A DNA stretch of 64,000 bases. Origin: a virus. The DNA lies in the UHGV virus genome UHGV-1370948; one strand, written 5' to 3'. Shown piece after piece: positions 1-9,757 of the stretch. A program made the position numbers and the translations under genes. The notes beneath the pieces were generated by a model. That model saw nothing but the letters and a program-made list of their open reading frames with translations. It had not been told where the DNA came from and did not search any database. Position 1 is the stretch's first letter; each line of letters begins with the position of its first letter.

Positions 1-2
1 TG

Positions 3-224
3 AATGCTGCCTACATTAAGGATGGTTCAATAGGCAGTGCTAAAGTTGGGGATTTGATGAGTTCGGGTTTCCAAGAAAACGTTAGAGGCTGGCGAATCTC
101 TCGCGATGGAACGATGAATATAAATGGCTCAGGGCCGGGTAGTTCCAGAACGGTAATTACAAACGGTAAAATCGAAGTCTATGATTCAAACAACCGTCTC
201 CGTGTGAGAATGGGGATTTTCTAA
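3..224 (+). CDS. 3' end of upstream tail-fibre-like gene (partial, runs off window start)
   Basis: Open frame from window edge to TAA at 222-224; Gly/Ser/Asn-rich beta-strand-like sequence typical of fibre distal parts. Confidence 0.35.
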   Translation, partial: NAAYIKDGSIGSAKVGDLMSSGFQENVRGWRISRDGTMNINGSGPGSSRTVITNGKIEVYDSNNRLRVRMGIF

Positions 225-271
225 AACTAAAGCCGCCTACAGGAAGTGGGCGGCATCTCAAGGAAGAGATA

Positions 272-1813
272 ATGAGTATGTATGAAGTAGGCACCGTAAC
301 TGGTGCTGCAAATCAGGCGAAAGTGACCGGTGTAACGACTAAGTGGTCGCAGACCGCTCTTGGCGTTCAACAGGGTTCCATTCTTGTCGTGTATCGGAAC
401 GGGAGCGCGGACTTGTACGCGATTAAATCCGTCGACAGTGACACGCAGCTGACTCTTACCCGAAACATCACGACAGCGTTCTCTGGGGCGTCCTATGGCA
501 TTATCACATCAGAGACAGCCAGCACCTCCGCATTTGCAAACCAACTCGCCAGCGCCTTTTCTCTGTGGCGGAGTGTTGTTGAAGGATGGTCGACCGCGCT
601 GACGTCGACAGGTAACATTACAATGACTGATCCTATTACCGGAACGTCAGTTACTGTTCCTGCTATTAAGGGAATGGCGAAGCTTGCCGGAGGTAATAAT
701 TACACCGGCACACAAAGCCTGGATAGCGACGACTCAGGCTTCATTCTTGGAAAGAACGGCGATATTGGTCTGGTCAAGAAGAGCGGCACTTATGGGAAAG
801 TCATGGTTGGAAAATCATCTCGATTCTCAGTCGTTCGAAGTGATCAAGACCGGATATCGGCAACTGATGGGCAGACTGAAATTTTTGGCGTTGAAGCTAA
901 CGGTGACGTCAAAGTCGCGAATTCACTTTATGCCAAAGGCATTCTGCAAAGTGATTATCAGGTTAGATCGCAAAGTATCGAGCTTTCATTTTCCACGCCT
1001 TACATCGATTTTCATTATGGGAATAGCGCAGCCGACTATACTCATCGAATTATTGCGGATGATCCTGTGGCACTTGGTTTTGAATGCAGTATAAGAGTTT
1101 CCAAAAATATAAGAGCGCAAGAAGGTATAAAAGCAGATAAGTATGTACGCGCTGCGAGTAGAGCTGGTTTAATTGCGCAATATGACAGTGACCCCGGCGG
1201 AAATATCGGTGATATTCGAGTTGCCCCAATCTTGTGTAGCCAATTCGCAACTGTAGGCTCTGATGGAAACGGGAACGCTGGCGCGAATTTTTGGTTTGAG
1301 GAACACATAGGTTACAACCACCGTCTCGTTACCCAAGTCAAAGGGTATGGTGCATCCGTACAATACTGGCATCATCTCAGCGACGGAATGATCTGGAATA
1401 GTCAGCGAGGTGATGTAGCGTGGGCCGCAACTTCAGACAAAAACCTCAAGCATGATATTAAACCCACAGATGGATTACAGTCGCTGAAAAATATCAATGC
1501 CATGAAACTAGTTACTTTCATCTATAACGATGACGAGAGAGAGCGCCAGCGTCGAGGTGTGATTGCTCAGCAGCTTCAGAAAATTGACCCGTGCTACGTG
1601 AAGGTGAGTAAAGGTGTGGTAAACCGCCCAGCCATAAAGGATGATGAAGGTAATGAAATTGAACCAGAACATCAGGAGGTAATTGAAAAACTTGTGCTGG
1701 ACTCCAATCCTTTATTAATGGACGCTCTAAGTGCTATCCAGGTATTGTCGCGGGAGATTAGTGAACTCAGAGCTGAGAACAGAGATTTACGCGCATTTGT
1801 TCATTCTGAATAG
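272..1813 (+). CDS. tail fibre/tailspike protein with C-terminal intramolecular chaperone (peptidase S74-like) domain
   Basis: 513 aa; C-terminal segment (DKNLKHDIKP..LKNINAMKLVTFIYND..RQRRGVIAQQLQKIDP) matches the auto-cleaving chaperone module of endosialidase/L-shaped tail fibres. Confidence 0.7.
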   Translation: MSMYEVGTVTGAANQAKVTGVTTKWSQTALGVQQGSILVVYRNGSADLYAIKSVDSDTQLTLTRNITTAFSGASYGIITSETASTSAFANQLASAFSLWRSVVEGWSTALTSTGNITMTDPITGTSVTVPAIKGMAKLAGGNNYTGTQSLDSDDSGFILGKNGDIGLVKKSGTYGKVMVGKSSRFSVVRSDQDRISATDGQTEIFGVEANGDVKVANSLYAKGILQSDYQVRSQSIELSFSTPYIDFHYGNSAADYTHRIIADDPVALGFECSIRVSKNIRAQEGIKADKYVRAASRAGLIAQYDSDPGGNIGDIRVAPILCSQFATVGSDGNGNAGANFWFEEHIGYNHRLVTQVKGYGASVQYWHHLSDGMIWNSQRGDVAWAATSDKNLKHDIKPTDGLQSLKNINAMKLVTFIYNDDERERQRRGVIAQQLQKIDPCYVKVSKGVVNRPAIKDDEGNEIEPEHQEVIEKLVLDSNPLLMDALSAIQVLSREISELRAENRDLRAFVHSE

Positions 1814-1894
1814 TTAGTAAGTATTTACTTACTTTTATTTTGAACTGTGATATAACCGGGCGGATTTAGGTTTGACAGTCATGGAGGATTAACA

Positions 1895-2209
1895 ATGTCA
1901 AACGAGACGCCCGGTGTGAGCCACAAGGAAGTGGAACGCATTGCTCAAATCGTCGCACGAGAGGTTCTGCAAGGACTTCGTGACGAGGTTGGGGAAGAGG
2001 TGGATAAGCGACTGAAAGCGTACCTGGGAGATATGACCGCGACCCAGCACAGCATTCAGCACGCGAATCTGGACAAGCTACTGAACCGAATGGACGCCAT
2101 CTCAAGTGGGTTCTTCGGCGGTGTCGTGTCCAAAGTTACTTCTTTCCTGATCACCGCCTTGCTGCTGGGACTGGCAGCGTATGGCGTAAAAAGCGGCATT
2201 GGAAACTAA
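1895..2209 (+). CDS. small membrane protein (single C-terminal TM), possible holin
   Basis: 104 aa, strong RBS GGAGG, hydrophobic C-terminus; first gene of a lysis-like cluster. Confidence 0.3.
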   Translation: MSNETPGVSHKEVERIAQIVAREVLQGLRDEVGEEVDKRLKAYLGDMTATQHSIQHANLDKLLNRMDAISSGFFGGVVSKVTSFLITALLLGLAAYGVKSGIGN

Positions 2210-2912
2210 GGGGAAAAGGATGACTCCAAGAGGAATACGCAACAACAACCCAGGCAATCTGGACAACACGAATCCGTGGCAAGGTCTGATAGCTAACCCG
2301 GCAGAAAGTCGATTTGCTACCTTCAAAGACCCGACATGGGGTGTGCGTGCGCTGGCCGTTACGCTCATTACCTATCACGACAAGCGCAAAGCAAAAGACG
2401 GCTCACGAATCGACACGATCCGCGAAGTCATCGAACGCTGGGCGCCGCCGAGTGAAAACGACACCGAGGCGTATGTTCAGGCTGTCGCCAAAGCGGTAGG
2501 CGTTTCTCCTGATATGGAAATCGATCTGCATCAGTACGAGATTATGCGACCGACCGTTGAGGCAATCATTCGCCATGAGAACGGCAAAGGCCCGCTGCGA
2601 ACTGATAACACCTGGTACAACATCGACGTCATTGACGAAGGGTTGCGCCGGGCTGGTGTCGTTAAGCCCGTGAAGACCACCGCATCCATTCCGGTCACTA
2701 AGGAAACGGCCGGCGCAACCGTCACGGCAGGTATCGGTCTGGCGCAACTGGCCGACGTTGCTCCGCAGATCAGTGCGGCAATGGATAAGGCTCAGGGCAA
2801 TATTTCGAGCGGGGATACTGTTCGCATTGTCTTTGGGATCGCGACAATCGCCGTAGCGGTATTCATCGCCATAGCCCAGGTGCGGAAGTATCAGCGAGGA
2901 GTTGCGCAATGA
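2199..2912 (+). CDS. hypothetical protein with N-terminal GIRNNNPGN motif and C-terminal TM helix (candidate lysis/peptidoglycan-associated protein)
   Basis: 237 aa; translationally coupled (ATGA overlap) to downstream spanin. Confidence 0.3.
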   Translation: METKGKRMTPRGIRNNNPGNLDNTNPWQGLIANPAESRFATFKDPTWGVRALAVTLITYHDKRKAKDGSRIDTIREVIERWAPPSENDTEAYVQAVAKAVGVSPDMEIDLHQYEIMRPTVEAIIRHENGKGPLRTDNTWYNIDVIDEGLRRAGVVKPVKTTASIPVTKETAGATVTAGIGLAQLADVAPQISAAMDKAQGNISSGDTVRIVFGIATIAVAVFIAIAQVRKYQRGVAQ

Positions 2913-3160
2913 TTGAAGGCTTAATTGCCCGTATCAAAGCGTTCGTAATGACGGCTTCGGCCGTCATTGCGGTACTTTTTGGGGCGTATATTTTGGGTGG
3001 CCGCGCAGCTCGTCGATCGGCGGAGATTAAAAATCAACGTGAAGAGAATAAGCGGCTAAGCACGACTATTGAGGTAAAAAATGAAACGACTGATAAGATC
3101 AGGCGCATGGGTGATGGCGCTGTGGACGATGAGCTTTCTGCTAACTGGATGCGTGATTAA
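2909..3160 (+). CDS. i-spanin (Rz-like)
   Basis: 83 aa, N-terminal TM helix then charged coiled-coil periplasmic domain. Confidence 0.5.
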   Translation: MIEGLIARIKAFVMTASAVIAVLFGAYILGGRAARRSAEIKNQREENKRLSTTIEVKNETTDKIRRMGDGAVDDELSANWMRD

Positions 3161-3314
3161 GCAACATCAAAGCCTTTCATTCTGTGAGACGGCCAGTCCG
3201 ATATACATTTCCCGAGACGATGTGCTGACTCAGGAGACCAAAAGACAGATTCTGGCGCATGACGTCGTCGGTGAGCGTGTTTGTGGATGGGGGAGAAGCA
3301 ATCACACCAGTTAA
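3081..3314 (+). CDS. o-spanin (Rz1-like lipoprotein), out of frame and overlapping the i-spanin
   Basis: 77 aa, lipobox LLTGC, starts inside Rz-like gene in +1 frame - classic Rz/Rz1 architecture. Confidence 0.5.
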   Translation: MKRLIRSGAWVMALWTMSFLLTGCVIKQHQSLSFCETASPIYISRDDVLTQETKRQILAHDVVGERVCGWGRSNHTS

Positions 3315-3320
3315 AGAGAA

Positions 3321-3350
3321 AACGCCCCAAAATCGCTTAGGGGCGTTTTT
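3321..3350 (+). terminator. rho-independent terminator
   Basis: aacgcccc..ggggcgtt hairpin followed by T-run. Confidence 0.6.
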
Positions 3351-3477
3351 AACATAGACCAGTATACGTCCAGTTAGTTGAATGGTTTTTGTTGTCACTA
3401 TACCTTGTTTGTTTTAGGCTATAAGAAACATAAGAAAACATCTTGTTTTCAAAATAAACAAACTACAAGGCATAATC

Positions 3478-4146
3478 ATGGAAACCAAACTCATCATCGT
3501 CGGCGGGACGAAGGGTGGGCCGGGTAAGTCTACGGTCGCCCAGCAGGTAGCAGCAGGTCTGCAACTGAAGAGAGGTAAAAAGGTTCACATTACCGACATC
3601 GACATCCAGCAGACGACAACCTCATGGTGCGAAGAGCGCCGCAATAATAAAAATCTCGATCTCATCGCCTTTTCTTACATTGAGAATGACATTGTAAAGC
3701 ACCTTCAGTCTTTGAATGGCCGGTATGAGTACATCGTTGTTGATGCTGGCGGCTTCGACTCAGAAATTCAGCGTGAGGCCATGCTTATTGCCGACATCGT
3801 TCTGCTACCGCTCAGACCAAAGCGGCGCGATCTGAAGTCACTGCGAGATCTGGACACTGTGCTCGAAAGCGTAAAATCATCAAACCCGGAAGTTCAAATT
3901 CGTGCCGTCTTGAATCAGTGCCCGTCACTGCCGTCTCAGGTGTCGCGTATCCTTTCGTCCAAAGATATTATCGAGTCTTTCGGCATTAAATGTGCTCCAA
4001 CCAATATCTACACTCGTAACGTGTATGACGATGCAGAAGAGGCTGGACGGTCTATCTTCGAAATGAAAGGAAAAGACCGCGATAAAAAGGCGGAGTCGGA
4101 GATTGAAGAGTTGGTTGATTATTTGATGAGTCTGGAGGCGCAGTAA
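3478..4146 (+). CDS. parA: ParA/MinD-family partition ATPase
   Basis: Deviant Walker A IIVGGTKGGPGKST at N-terminus, 222 aa. Confidence 0.75.
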   Translation: METKLIIVGGTKGGPGKSTVAQQVAAGLQLKRGKKVHITDIDIQQTTTSWCEERRNNKNLDLIAFSYIENDIVKHLQSLNGRYEYIVVDAGGFDSEIQREAMLIADIVLLPLRPKRRDLKSLRDLDTVLESVKSSNPEVQIRAVLNQCPSLPSQVSRILSSKDIIESFGIKCAPTNIYTRNVYDDAEEAGRSIFEMKGKDRDKKAESEIEELVDYLMSLEAQ

Positions 4147-4147
4147 A

Positions 4148-4513
4148 ATGAAAATGGGTGATCTGGCTAAAAAGCCACAAGCCGCGGAAGAAGTTTCGCA
4201 ATCCACGGAGTCAGAAGTAAAACAACCTATGCGCTCCCCGACTCGACCACAGGGAAGACCTACTCGTGGGAAGTCCAGTATCAAGAGCCGGACGATGAGC
4301 ATCGAGGATGAGTTCATCAGCCTTATCTCTGTCATGGAGAACGTTGACCGCTGGAATCGCTTCACGCGTTCAGACGTTATTCGTGCCGCCATCATGAATC
4401 TGGCCAGCGAATCGCCTGAGCGTATTGCGGAAACCATTGCCGTGCTTCGCGAGACTCCAGCGTCTGAAGCAGAAATGCGCGGCGAACAAATCCGCCGTGA
4501 GCTGGAGAAGTAG
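4148..4513 (+). CDS. small ParG-like ribbon-helix-helix partner protein
   Basis: 121 aa, disordered basic N-terminus, C-terminal RHH-like segment (RSDVIRAAIMNL), directly follows parA. Confidence 0.4.
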   Translation: MKMGDLAKKPQAAEEVSQSTESEVKQPMRSPTRPQGRPTRGKSSIKSRTMSIEDEFISLISVMENVDRWNRFTRSDVIRAAIMNLASESPERIAETIAVLRETPASEAEMRGEQIRRELEK

Positions 4514-4620
4514 ATCGGCGATCCCCCCTTTATCTTTTAAAGACTTTAAAAAGCTATTAAATATATATAGGAGCCAGGCACTGTTTTGACTCCTAAAACT
4601 CCCAGAATACTGAAAGAATC

Positions 4621-4648
4621 AGGCGCTTTCAGCGCCTTATTCTTTGTG
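4621..4648 (+). terminator. rho-independent terminator inside repeated ~100-nt module (copy A)
   Basis: aggcgc-tttc-agcgcct + T-rich tail. Confidence 0.5.
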
Positions 4649-4842
4649 TCTGGGGTGTTATTTGAAAGCCTTGCTCTGGTAGTTATTATATATCTCTTCT
4701 TTGTTTTTAAAACATAAAGGGGTATGACGGAAGCCAGAATCACCGCCTTGGGCCTCAAGCAAACAACCTGTCTTTTCCGCTTTCAAAACCCCACGCCAGC
4801 GTTTATCATCTCCCCAAAAAGTAAGTAAGAGCTTATTTAGGT

Positions 4843-5583
4843 ATGGACAGATTATTAAACACACCAGACGGCGAAAAGTACGCGTTCATGCAGGAGATGA
4901 CAACCTCAGACATGGACAGATGGGTATCCGAAAACATTGGTCTCTCTCGCTGCTCAGGTGAGACGGAGTTGTTTGCGACAAAGTGGTTCGATTACCGCAA
5001 TATGCATCCGCTGGTTGCCACCTGTCTTTTCTCTGAAATCTATAAGATCGAGTACGCACGCATCATGCTGACTCACGGTCGCGACGACTTCCAGCGTGCT
5101 CCGTATCGTACCGGACTAAAGCGCGTCGCCTATCAGGATCACGGAATGGGGGTAAAAACCTCGCTGTGGCGTGCTCGCCAGTTTGCGGACAAGTATTGCT
5201 GTTCGTATGAGTATTACATCTCAACGATACTGAGCATCGCGGCGCAGCGCCTGTGGGCTAATCTCCCTCGCCCCCAGCATCTTTGGCAAGACGATCTTGT
5301 TGAGATATTTGAGCAGAAGCTTTCCCGCCGCTCTCAGATCCGCATCGATGACAGCATCTTCAGCTACCACAACATGCCGCAGTTGGTGGCCCCGGAAATG
5401 CAGAAAGATTACTGCATGTGGGTCATTAAGCACATTGACGCGATGAAGCCTTCGTTGCGTGTCAATGGTGTCCTGTCAGCCGTCTATCTCCGTCGTCTTA
5501 TCCCGGAAGCTGTGGCAGCAAAGCGGTATCCAAAGCTTATTCAGGATGCTCAAGGCTTGTATTTGAGCGCCTGCGAAGATTGA
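4843..5583 (+). CDS. hypothetical protein
   Basis: 246-aa ORF, precedes helicase. Confidence 0.4.
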   Translation: MDRLLNTPDGEKYAFMQEMTTSDMDRWVSENIGLSRCSGETELFATKWFDYRNMHPLVATCLFSEIYKIEYARIMLTHGRDDFQRAPYRTGLKRVAYQDHGMGVKTSLWRARQFADKYCCSYEYYISTILSIAAQRLWANLPRPQHLWQDDLVEIFEQKLSRRSQIRIDDSIFSYHNMPQLVAPEMQKDYCMWVIKHIDAMKPSLRVNGVLSAVYLRRLIPEAVAAKRYPKLIQDAQGLYLSACED

Positions 5584-5627
5584 ACATAATTAAGAAAACA
5601 AGTTGTTTAAAACAATAAGGAAAGCAC

Positions 5628-6989
5628 ATGACCACTACCTCTTCAGCGCTTGAGACGCCTGTTCACACAGGACGACCGCTATCGGAAGAATTTGACGCTG
5701 GGTTTGAAGATCGCCTGACTGCGTACTACTGCCGAGACAGAGAGTTTCTGATCAGAGCCGGCGATCTGGTTCTCCCTGAGCAATTCTCCAACAAGGCAAA
5801 TGGATACCTGGTCAGCATTGTGGCCGGCTATTTCCGCTCGTACAAAAGCTCCCCGTCGAAAGAGTTCATCATCGACATGATTAAGGAGGCGAAGAAGCGC
5901 GGAAAGATTCGAGAAGAGTTCGTGCCTGAAGTCGTTAATGCGATGAAGCGTATTTTGACCGAGAAGCTGGAAGACACCGGCTACATGATTGACCGCGTCG
6001 TGACTTTTGCGCGTTCGGTTGCTTTTGATGATGCGTTCATCAAGGCGGCGGAGCTGAAGGAGAAAGGCGAGTTTGAGCGTGCGATGCAGGTCATGCAGAA
6101 GGTGGACATGGTCGGCGCATCCGATATGGATGACGTGTACAGCTTCTATGAACGTTCCGGCGAACGACATGAGCGTCGCGAATACGAGGCGTCCGATGAC
6201 TTCGTACCTAACAGCGTAACAACAGGCATTCCGTTACTGGATAAAATGCTTCACCAAAAAGGCTGGGGGCGTAAAGAGCTGGTTCTGTTCATGGGCTTCG
6301 CAAAATCGGGTAAATCGACGGCCATGGGTGAGTTCGGCATCAATGCCACGCTGAAAGGCTACAACGTCCTGTATGTCTCACTGGAGGTACATAAAGACAT
6401 CCTGTCAGATCGCTGGGACGCCCGTATCTCCGAAACAGAAATGTCAAAACTTATTGAGCGCCGCGATGATATTGCGGAAAAGCTTCGCTCTGTGGGTGCT
6501 GATGGGAAAATCGGAAGCATGTGGATTGTTGAGCGTCGCGCCAATACATTTTCACCTGCAGACCTTGACCGCTTACTCAGCAACATGAAAGTGAATGGCA
6601 TGATACCTGACATGGTCATTGTCGACTATGCGGATCTGATGCGTGCCACCACGCCAACCAAAGACCCGCGCAATGATGTGAAGGACATCTACACCGACTT
6701 ACGTGCTGTCATGGATAAGCACGATGTGGCGGGTATGACAGCGTCCCAGACCAACCGTGAAGGTGGTTCCTCTGAAGTTGCGACGATGATGCACGCCGCG
6801 GACAACATCGAGAAGGTGCGTATCTGTGACCTGATTATCTCAATCAACAAGACCGAAGAGGAAGAAGCTAAAGGCGAGGCACGTCTGTATTTTGCTGGTT
6901 CTCGTAACCAGAAAGGCGGCGTTAGTTTGCGAGTGCTTCAGGATCTGGAACAGATGCGATTCATTAAGCGAATCATTGACGTTATGTAG
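5628..6989 (+). CDS. DnaB-family replicative DNA helicase
   Basis: Walker A GFAKSGKST, Walker B MVIVDYADLM, RecA-like C-terminal domain. Confidence 0.75.
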   Translation: MTTTSSALETPVHTGRPLSEEFDAGFEDRLTAYYCRDREFLIRAGDLVLPEQFSNKANGYLVSIVAGYFRSYKSSPSKEFIIDMIKEAKKRGKIREEFVPEVVNAMKRILTEKLEDTGYMIDRVVTFARSVAFDDAFIKAAELKEKGEFERAMQVMQKVDMVGASDMDDVYSFYERSGERHERREYEASDDFVPNSVTTGIPLLDKMLHQKGWGRKELVLFMGFAKSGKSTAMGEFGINATLKGYNVLYVSLEVHKDILSDRWDARISETEMSKLIERRDDIAEKLRSVGADGKIGSMWIVERRANTFSPADLDRLLSNMKVNGMIPDMVIVDYADLMRATTPTKDPRNDVKDIYTDLRAVMDKHDVAGMTASQTNREGGSSEVATMMHAADNIEKVRICDLIISINKTEEEEAKGEARLYFAGSRNQKGGVSLRVLQDLEQMRFIKRIIDVM

Positions 6990-6999
6990 GAAAAATGAA

Positions 7000-7028
7000 G
7001 GCGTTCCAAAGCGGAACGCCTTAATTTC
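7000..7028 (+). terminator. rho-independent terminator
   Basis: ggcgttcc..ggaacgcc hairpin + T-rich. Confidence 0.5.
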
Positions 7029-7079
7029 AATACAGAAATTCAAGCTTTCTTTTGCTAATAAAACCACAAAAGAAAACAC

Positions 7080-8243
7080 ATGTACTGCCATATTAATCTA
7101 TGGCCGGCTAAATGCAAGGTTTATCAAATGTCAGAATTAAAAGAACTAATGAAAGAATTCGACTTTGAGCAGTGGCTTGATACAGAGGGGATCTCGTATC
7201 GTCGTGGCTCAAGGACTTCAAAGGGGCGTGAAGTCAACATCCGTGAATGTCCGTGCTGCAAAAGTAGTAAGTGGAAGGTTTACTTCAACCTGACTACTGG
7301 CCTTGGCAAGTGTTTCGCCGGTGATCACCCGGAGGAGGTGCAGTTTAACAAGCTGAACTTCATCAAATACCATACCGGCGAATCATGGCGCGGATTGCAG
7401 CGTTACATCCGCAACGAACTGATGCAGCAAGGCTGGCGCCCAAAAGAAGAAGAGATTGAGCTAAAGTCGGATGTTGAGCTGACGTCTGAAGTTATCCTGC
7501 CTCCACATTATCAGCTGCCAATTGAAGGCCAACTTCCAACGTATCTTGTTGATCGTGACATCTCCCCGGAGCTGGCGACCTACTTTGATCTGCGGTACTG
7601 CGTAGAGGGTACGCACGTTTATCTCGATGAGCGAAATGGACGACCGCACGTCCAGTCTTTCGATATGCGCATCTTGATCCCCATTTACGATTTGGACGGC
7701 AAAATGCGGACGTTTCAGGGGCGCGACGTTACTGGTGAGTCAGATCGTCGTTATCTCTTTCCAATATCACTGCCGGCATCTGGCAAGTTCCTCTACAACG
7801 GACACAATGCCATCGGGAAGCGCACTGTAATCGTTTCTGAGGGCGCTTTTGACGTTATGGGCATAAAGCGTGCTCTTTTTGCTGAGGAATCGCTGAGAGA
7901 GTATGTGGAGCCGATAGGAACGTTCGGTATGCACTTGTCCGGCACGCTGGATGGTGAAACCGAGGATCAGCTTGGCGCATTCTTGAGATTGAAGCAAAAG
8001 GGATTAGAGACGGCCGTCATGATGTGGGACTCCGAAAAACAGGCAATACACAACACGTTTGGCGCAGCCAAGCGATTAGCCGGCATCGGGTTGCGTGTGA
8101 AAATCGCGTGTCTCGGAGAGGAAGGCTTAGACCCAGGCGATGCGACAATCGAGCAGGTTCTGAAAGCCTACTATCGAGCGAAGCCATACACCAAGATGCT
8201 CGAAATGATGGCGAAACTACACGGTATTAAAGCACTTCTCTGA
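7080..8243 (+). CDS. DNA primase (zinc-ribbon + TOPRIM)
   Basis: CPCC..C zinc motif, TOPRIM VIVSEGAFDVMG. Confidence 0.7.
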   Translation: MYCHINLWPAKCKVYQMSELKELMKEFDFEQWLDTEGISYRRGSRTSKGREVNIRECPCCKSSKWKVYFNLTTGLGKCFAGDHPEEVQFNKLNFIKYHTGESWRGLQRYIRNELMQQGWRPKEEEIELKSDVELTSEVILPPHYQLPIEGQLPTYLVDRDISPELATYFDLRYCVEGTHVYLDERNGRPHVQSFDMRILIPIYDLDGKMRTFQGRDVTGESDRRYLFPISLPASGKFLYNGHNAIGKRTVIVSEGAFDVMGIKRALFAEESLREYVEPIGTFGMHLSGTLDGETEDQLGAFLRLKQKGLETAVMMWDSEKQAIHNTFGAAKRLAGIGLRVKIACLGEEGLDPGDATIEQVLKAYYRAKPYTKMLEMMAKLHGIKALL

Positions 8244-8305
8244 CCGTAAAAAAGATAAGCACTTACTTATCATTTTGTATAAGATTCATAAAAAAAGGAG
8301 AGCAC

Positions 8306-9217
8306 ATGTATATCAAGAGCATCGACGAAGCCGTCAGAAAAGCCATTAGCGAAGCGGCGCACATCTTTAAAGATGGAGATGTAGAACGGATAGTTAAAGA
8401 GGCTTGTGAAAAGGCGAATCAACGCATCAGCATTAAGATGCCTGTCACTATATCCACCCCTAACGAGCCTTGGATTTACATTTCGTCAACTTTAACGGCT
8501 GATCGGAACTTCGAGCTGTTCGTCATCGTCAACCTTACTGACGTCGCCGAGGACTATCTGAAGGCGAAGGTGTTCCAAGGTATTTTTTATGCAGGAAGCC
8601 CGCGGCCGGCGATGTCACTCTACGAGAAGTCGATAATGATAAAAGCCGAGGATTATGAATCATACGTCGGCCCTGCAGCGGTAAAAAACTTCGCTAACTA
8701 TATGCTGGAAAGCGGCGTCCTGCAGGCTCCAGAGTTTGATCGTGTCCTGCGCTCACTTAGGGCTACGATGACGACAGAAGTTGTCTCAATGCCGAAGATC
8801 CCTAAAATTGTAGATGATACACCAGAGACTGCTGCCATTACGGCCGTGCATTCGAGCGCATTCGAGACGCCAGGCTATTCTCGTGCCTTCTCACTTAAAG
8901 CACCTGGCGGCATCATTGACGCGATCCTAGACCAGAAGTCGTCTCAGGCAAAAAACCGTTTCAATGAAAGCATTGAAATGCAGCTCTTCAGCGAATACGA
9001 CGGGGAAATGGATGAGATTGAGTCGGTTAAGGCCGTGTCGAAGTGCTTCGGCGGTCTTTTCGCAAGACCTGGTGAAATGATTACCCGTCTTGGTTATGAC
9101 AAAGCTGCCATGCTCTCAGAAGGCAAAAGCTACGCTCTCGCTCACGTCCGTGAAGCGATAAAACATGCAGAAGTACACAGCCTCGTCGCGGAAAACCCTC
9201 TTTGGGGTTCTTGGTAA
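8306..9217 (+). CDS. hypothetical protein
   Basis: 303-aa ORF. Confidence 0.4.
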   Translation: MYIKSIDEAVRKAISEAAHIFKDGDVERIVKEACEKANQRISIKMPVTISTPNEPWIYISSTLTADRNFELFVIVNLTDVAEDYLKAKVFQGIFYAGSPRPAMSLYEKSIMIKAEDYESYVGPAAVKNFANYMLESGVLQAPEFDRVLRSLRATMTTEVVSMPKIPKIVDDTPETAAITAVHSSAFETPGYSRAFSLKAPGGIIDAILDQKSSQAKNRFNESIEMQLFSEYDGEMDEIESVKAVSKCFGGLFARPGEMITRLGYDKAAMLSEGKSYALAHVREAIKHAEVHSLVAENPLWGSW

Positions 9218-9301
9218 CAATCCCCTCGTAAAAAATCTTTCAAGCCTGCGCCAGAGCATTAGACTGGCGCAATGATAAGTAAACATTTACTATAAGTATC
9301 T

Positions 9302-9757
9302 ATGAAAACCAACTTTAGCAAATTTCCGTCAATTAGCGGCAGTAATAGCTATTCGATGCTGTGCGAGGAACTTCTAATCAACGGATCGCCGACGCGCTCT
9401 TCCTATACGGTGTGTCAGCACACCGTACTGGCATTTAAAGAGAATCGACTCCCGCCTGGTTCATTCGATTCGTGCGCGACAGCCATTCGTGCCGGCAAGT
9501 GTCGTGCGGTCAAGATGATGTTGGAAGAAGTTAAAACAGGCGAGCGGATTTACTTCATCGATGGCCTCGAAGAGATGCGTAAGCTGAGAGAGGAAATTGA
9601 GAGTCGTGCAGCTGAAAGCGCAACGCGCAACAAGCGTGCTGCGACGTTTGGCTCAAGAGTGACGCCAAAGCCGGAAATCAAAAAACCAACCGTTCTCGTC
9701 GACATTTACGCCGAAGCGGTAAACGCAGAAGTTAATAAAACAGAGGAAAACACATGA
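9302..9757 (+). CDS. hypothetical protein
   Basis: 151-aa ORF, palindromic motif abuts start. Confidence 0.4.
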   Translation: MKTNFSKFPSISGSNSYSMLCEELLINGSPTRSSYTVCQHTVLAFKENRLPPGSFDSCATAIRAGKCRAVKMMLEEVKTGERIYFIDGLEEMRKLREEIESRAAESATRNKRAATFGSRVTPKPEIKKPTVLVDIYAEAVNAEVNKTEENT

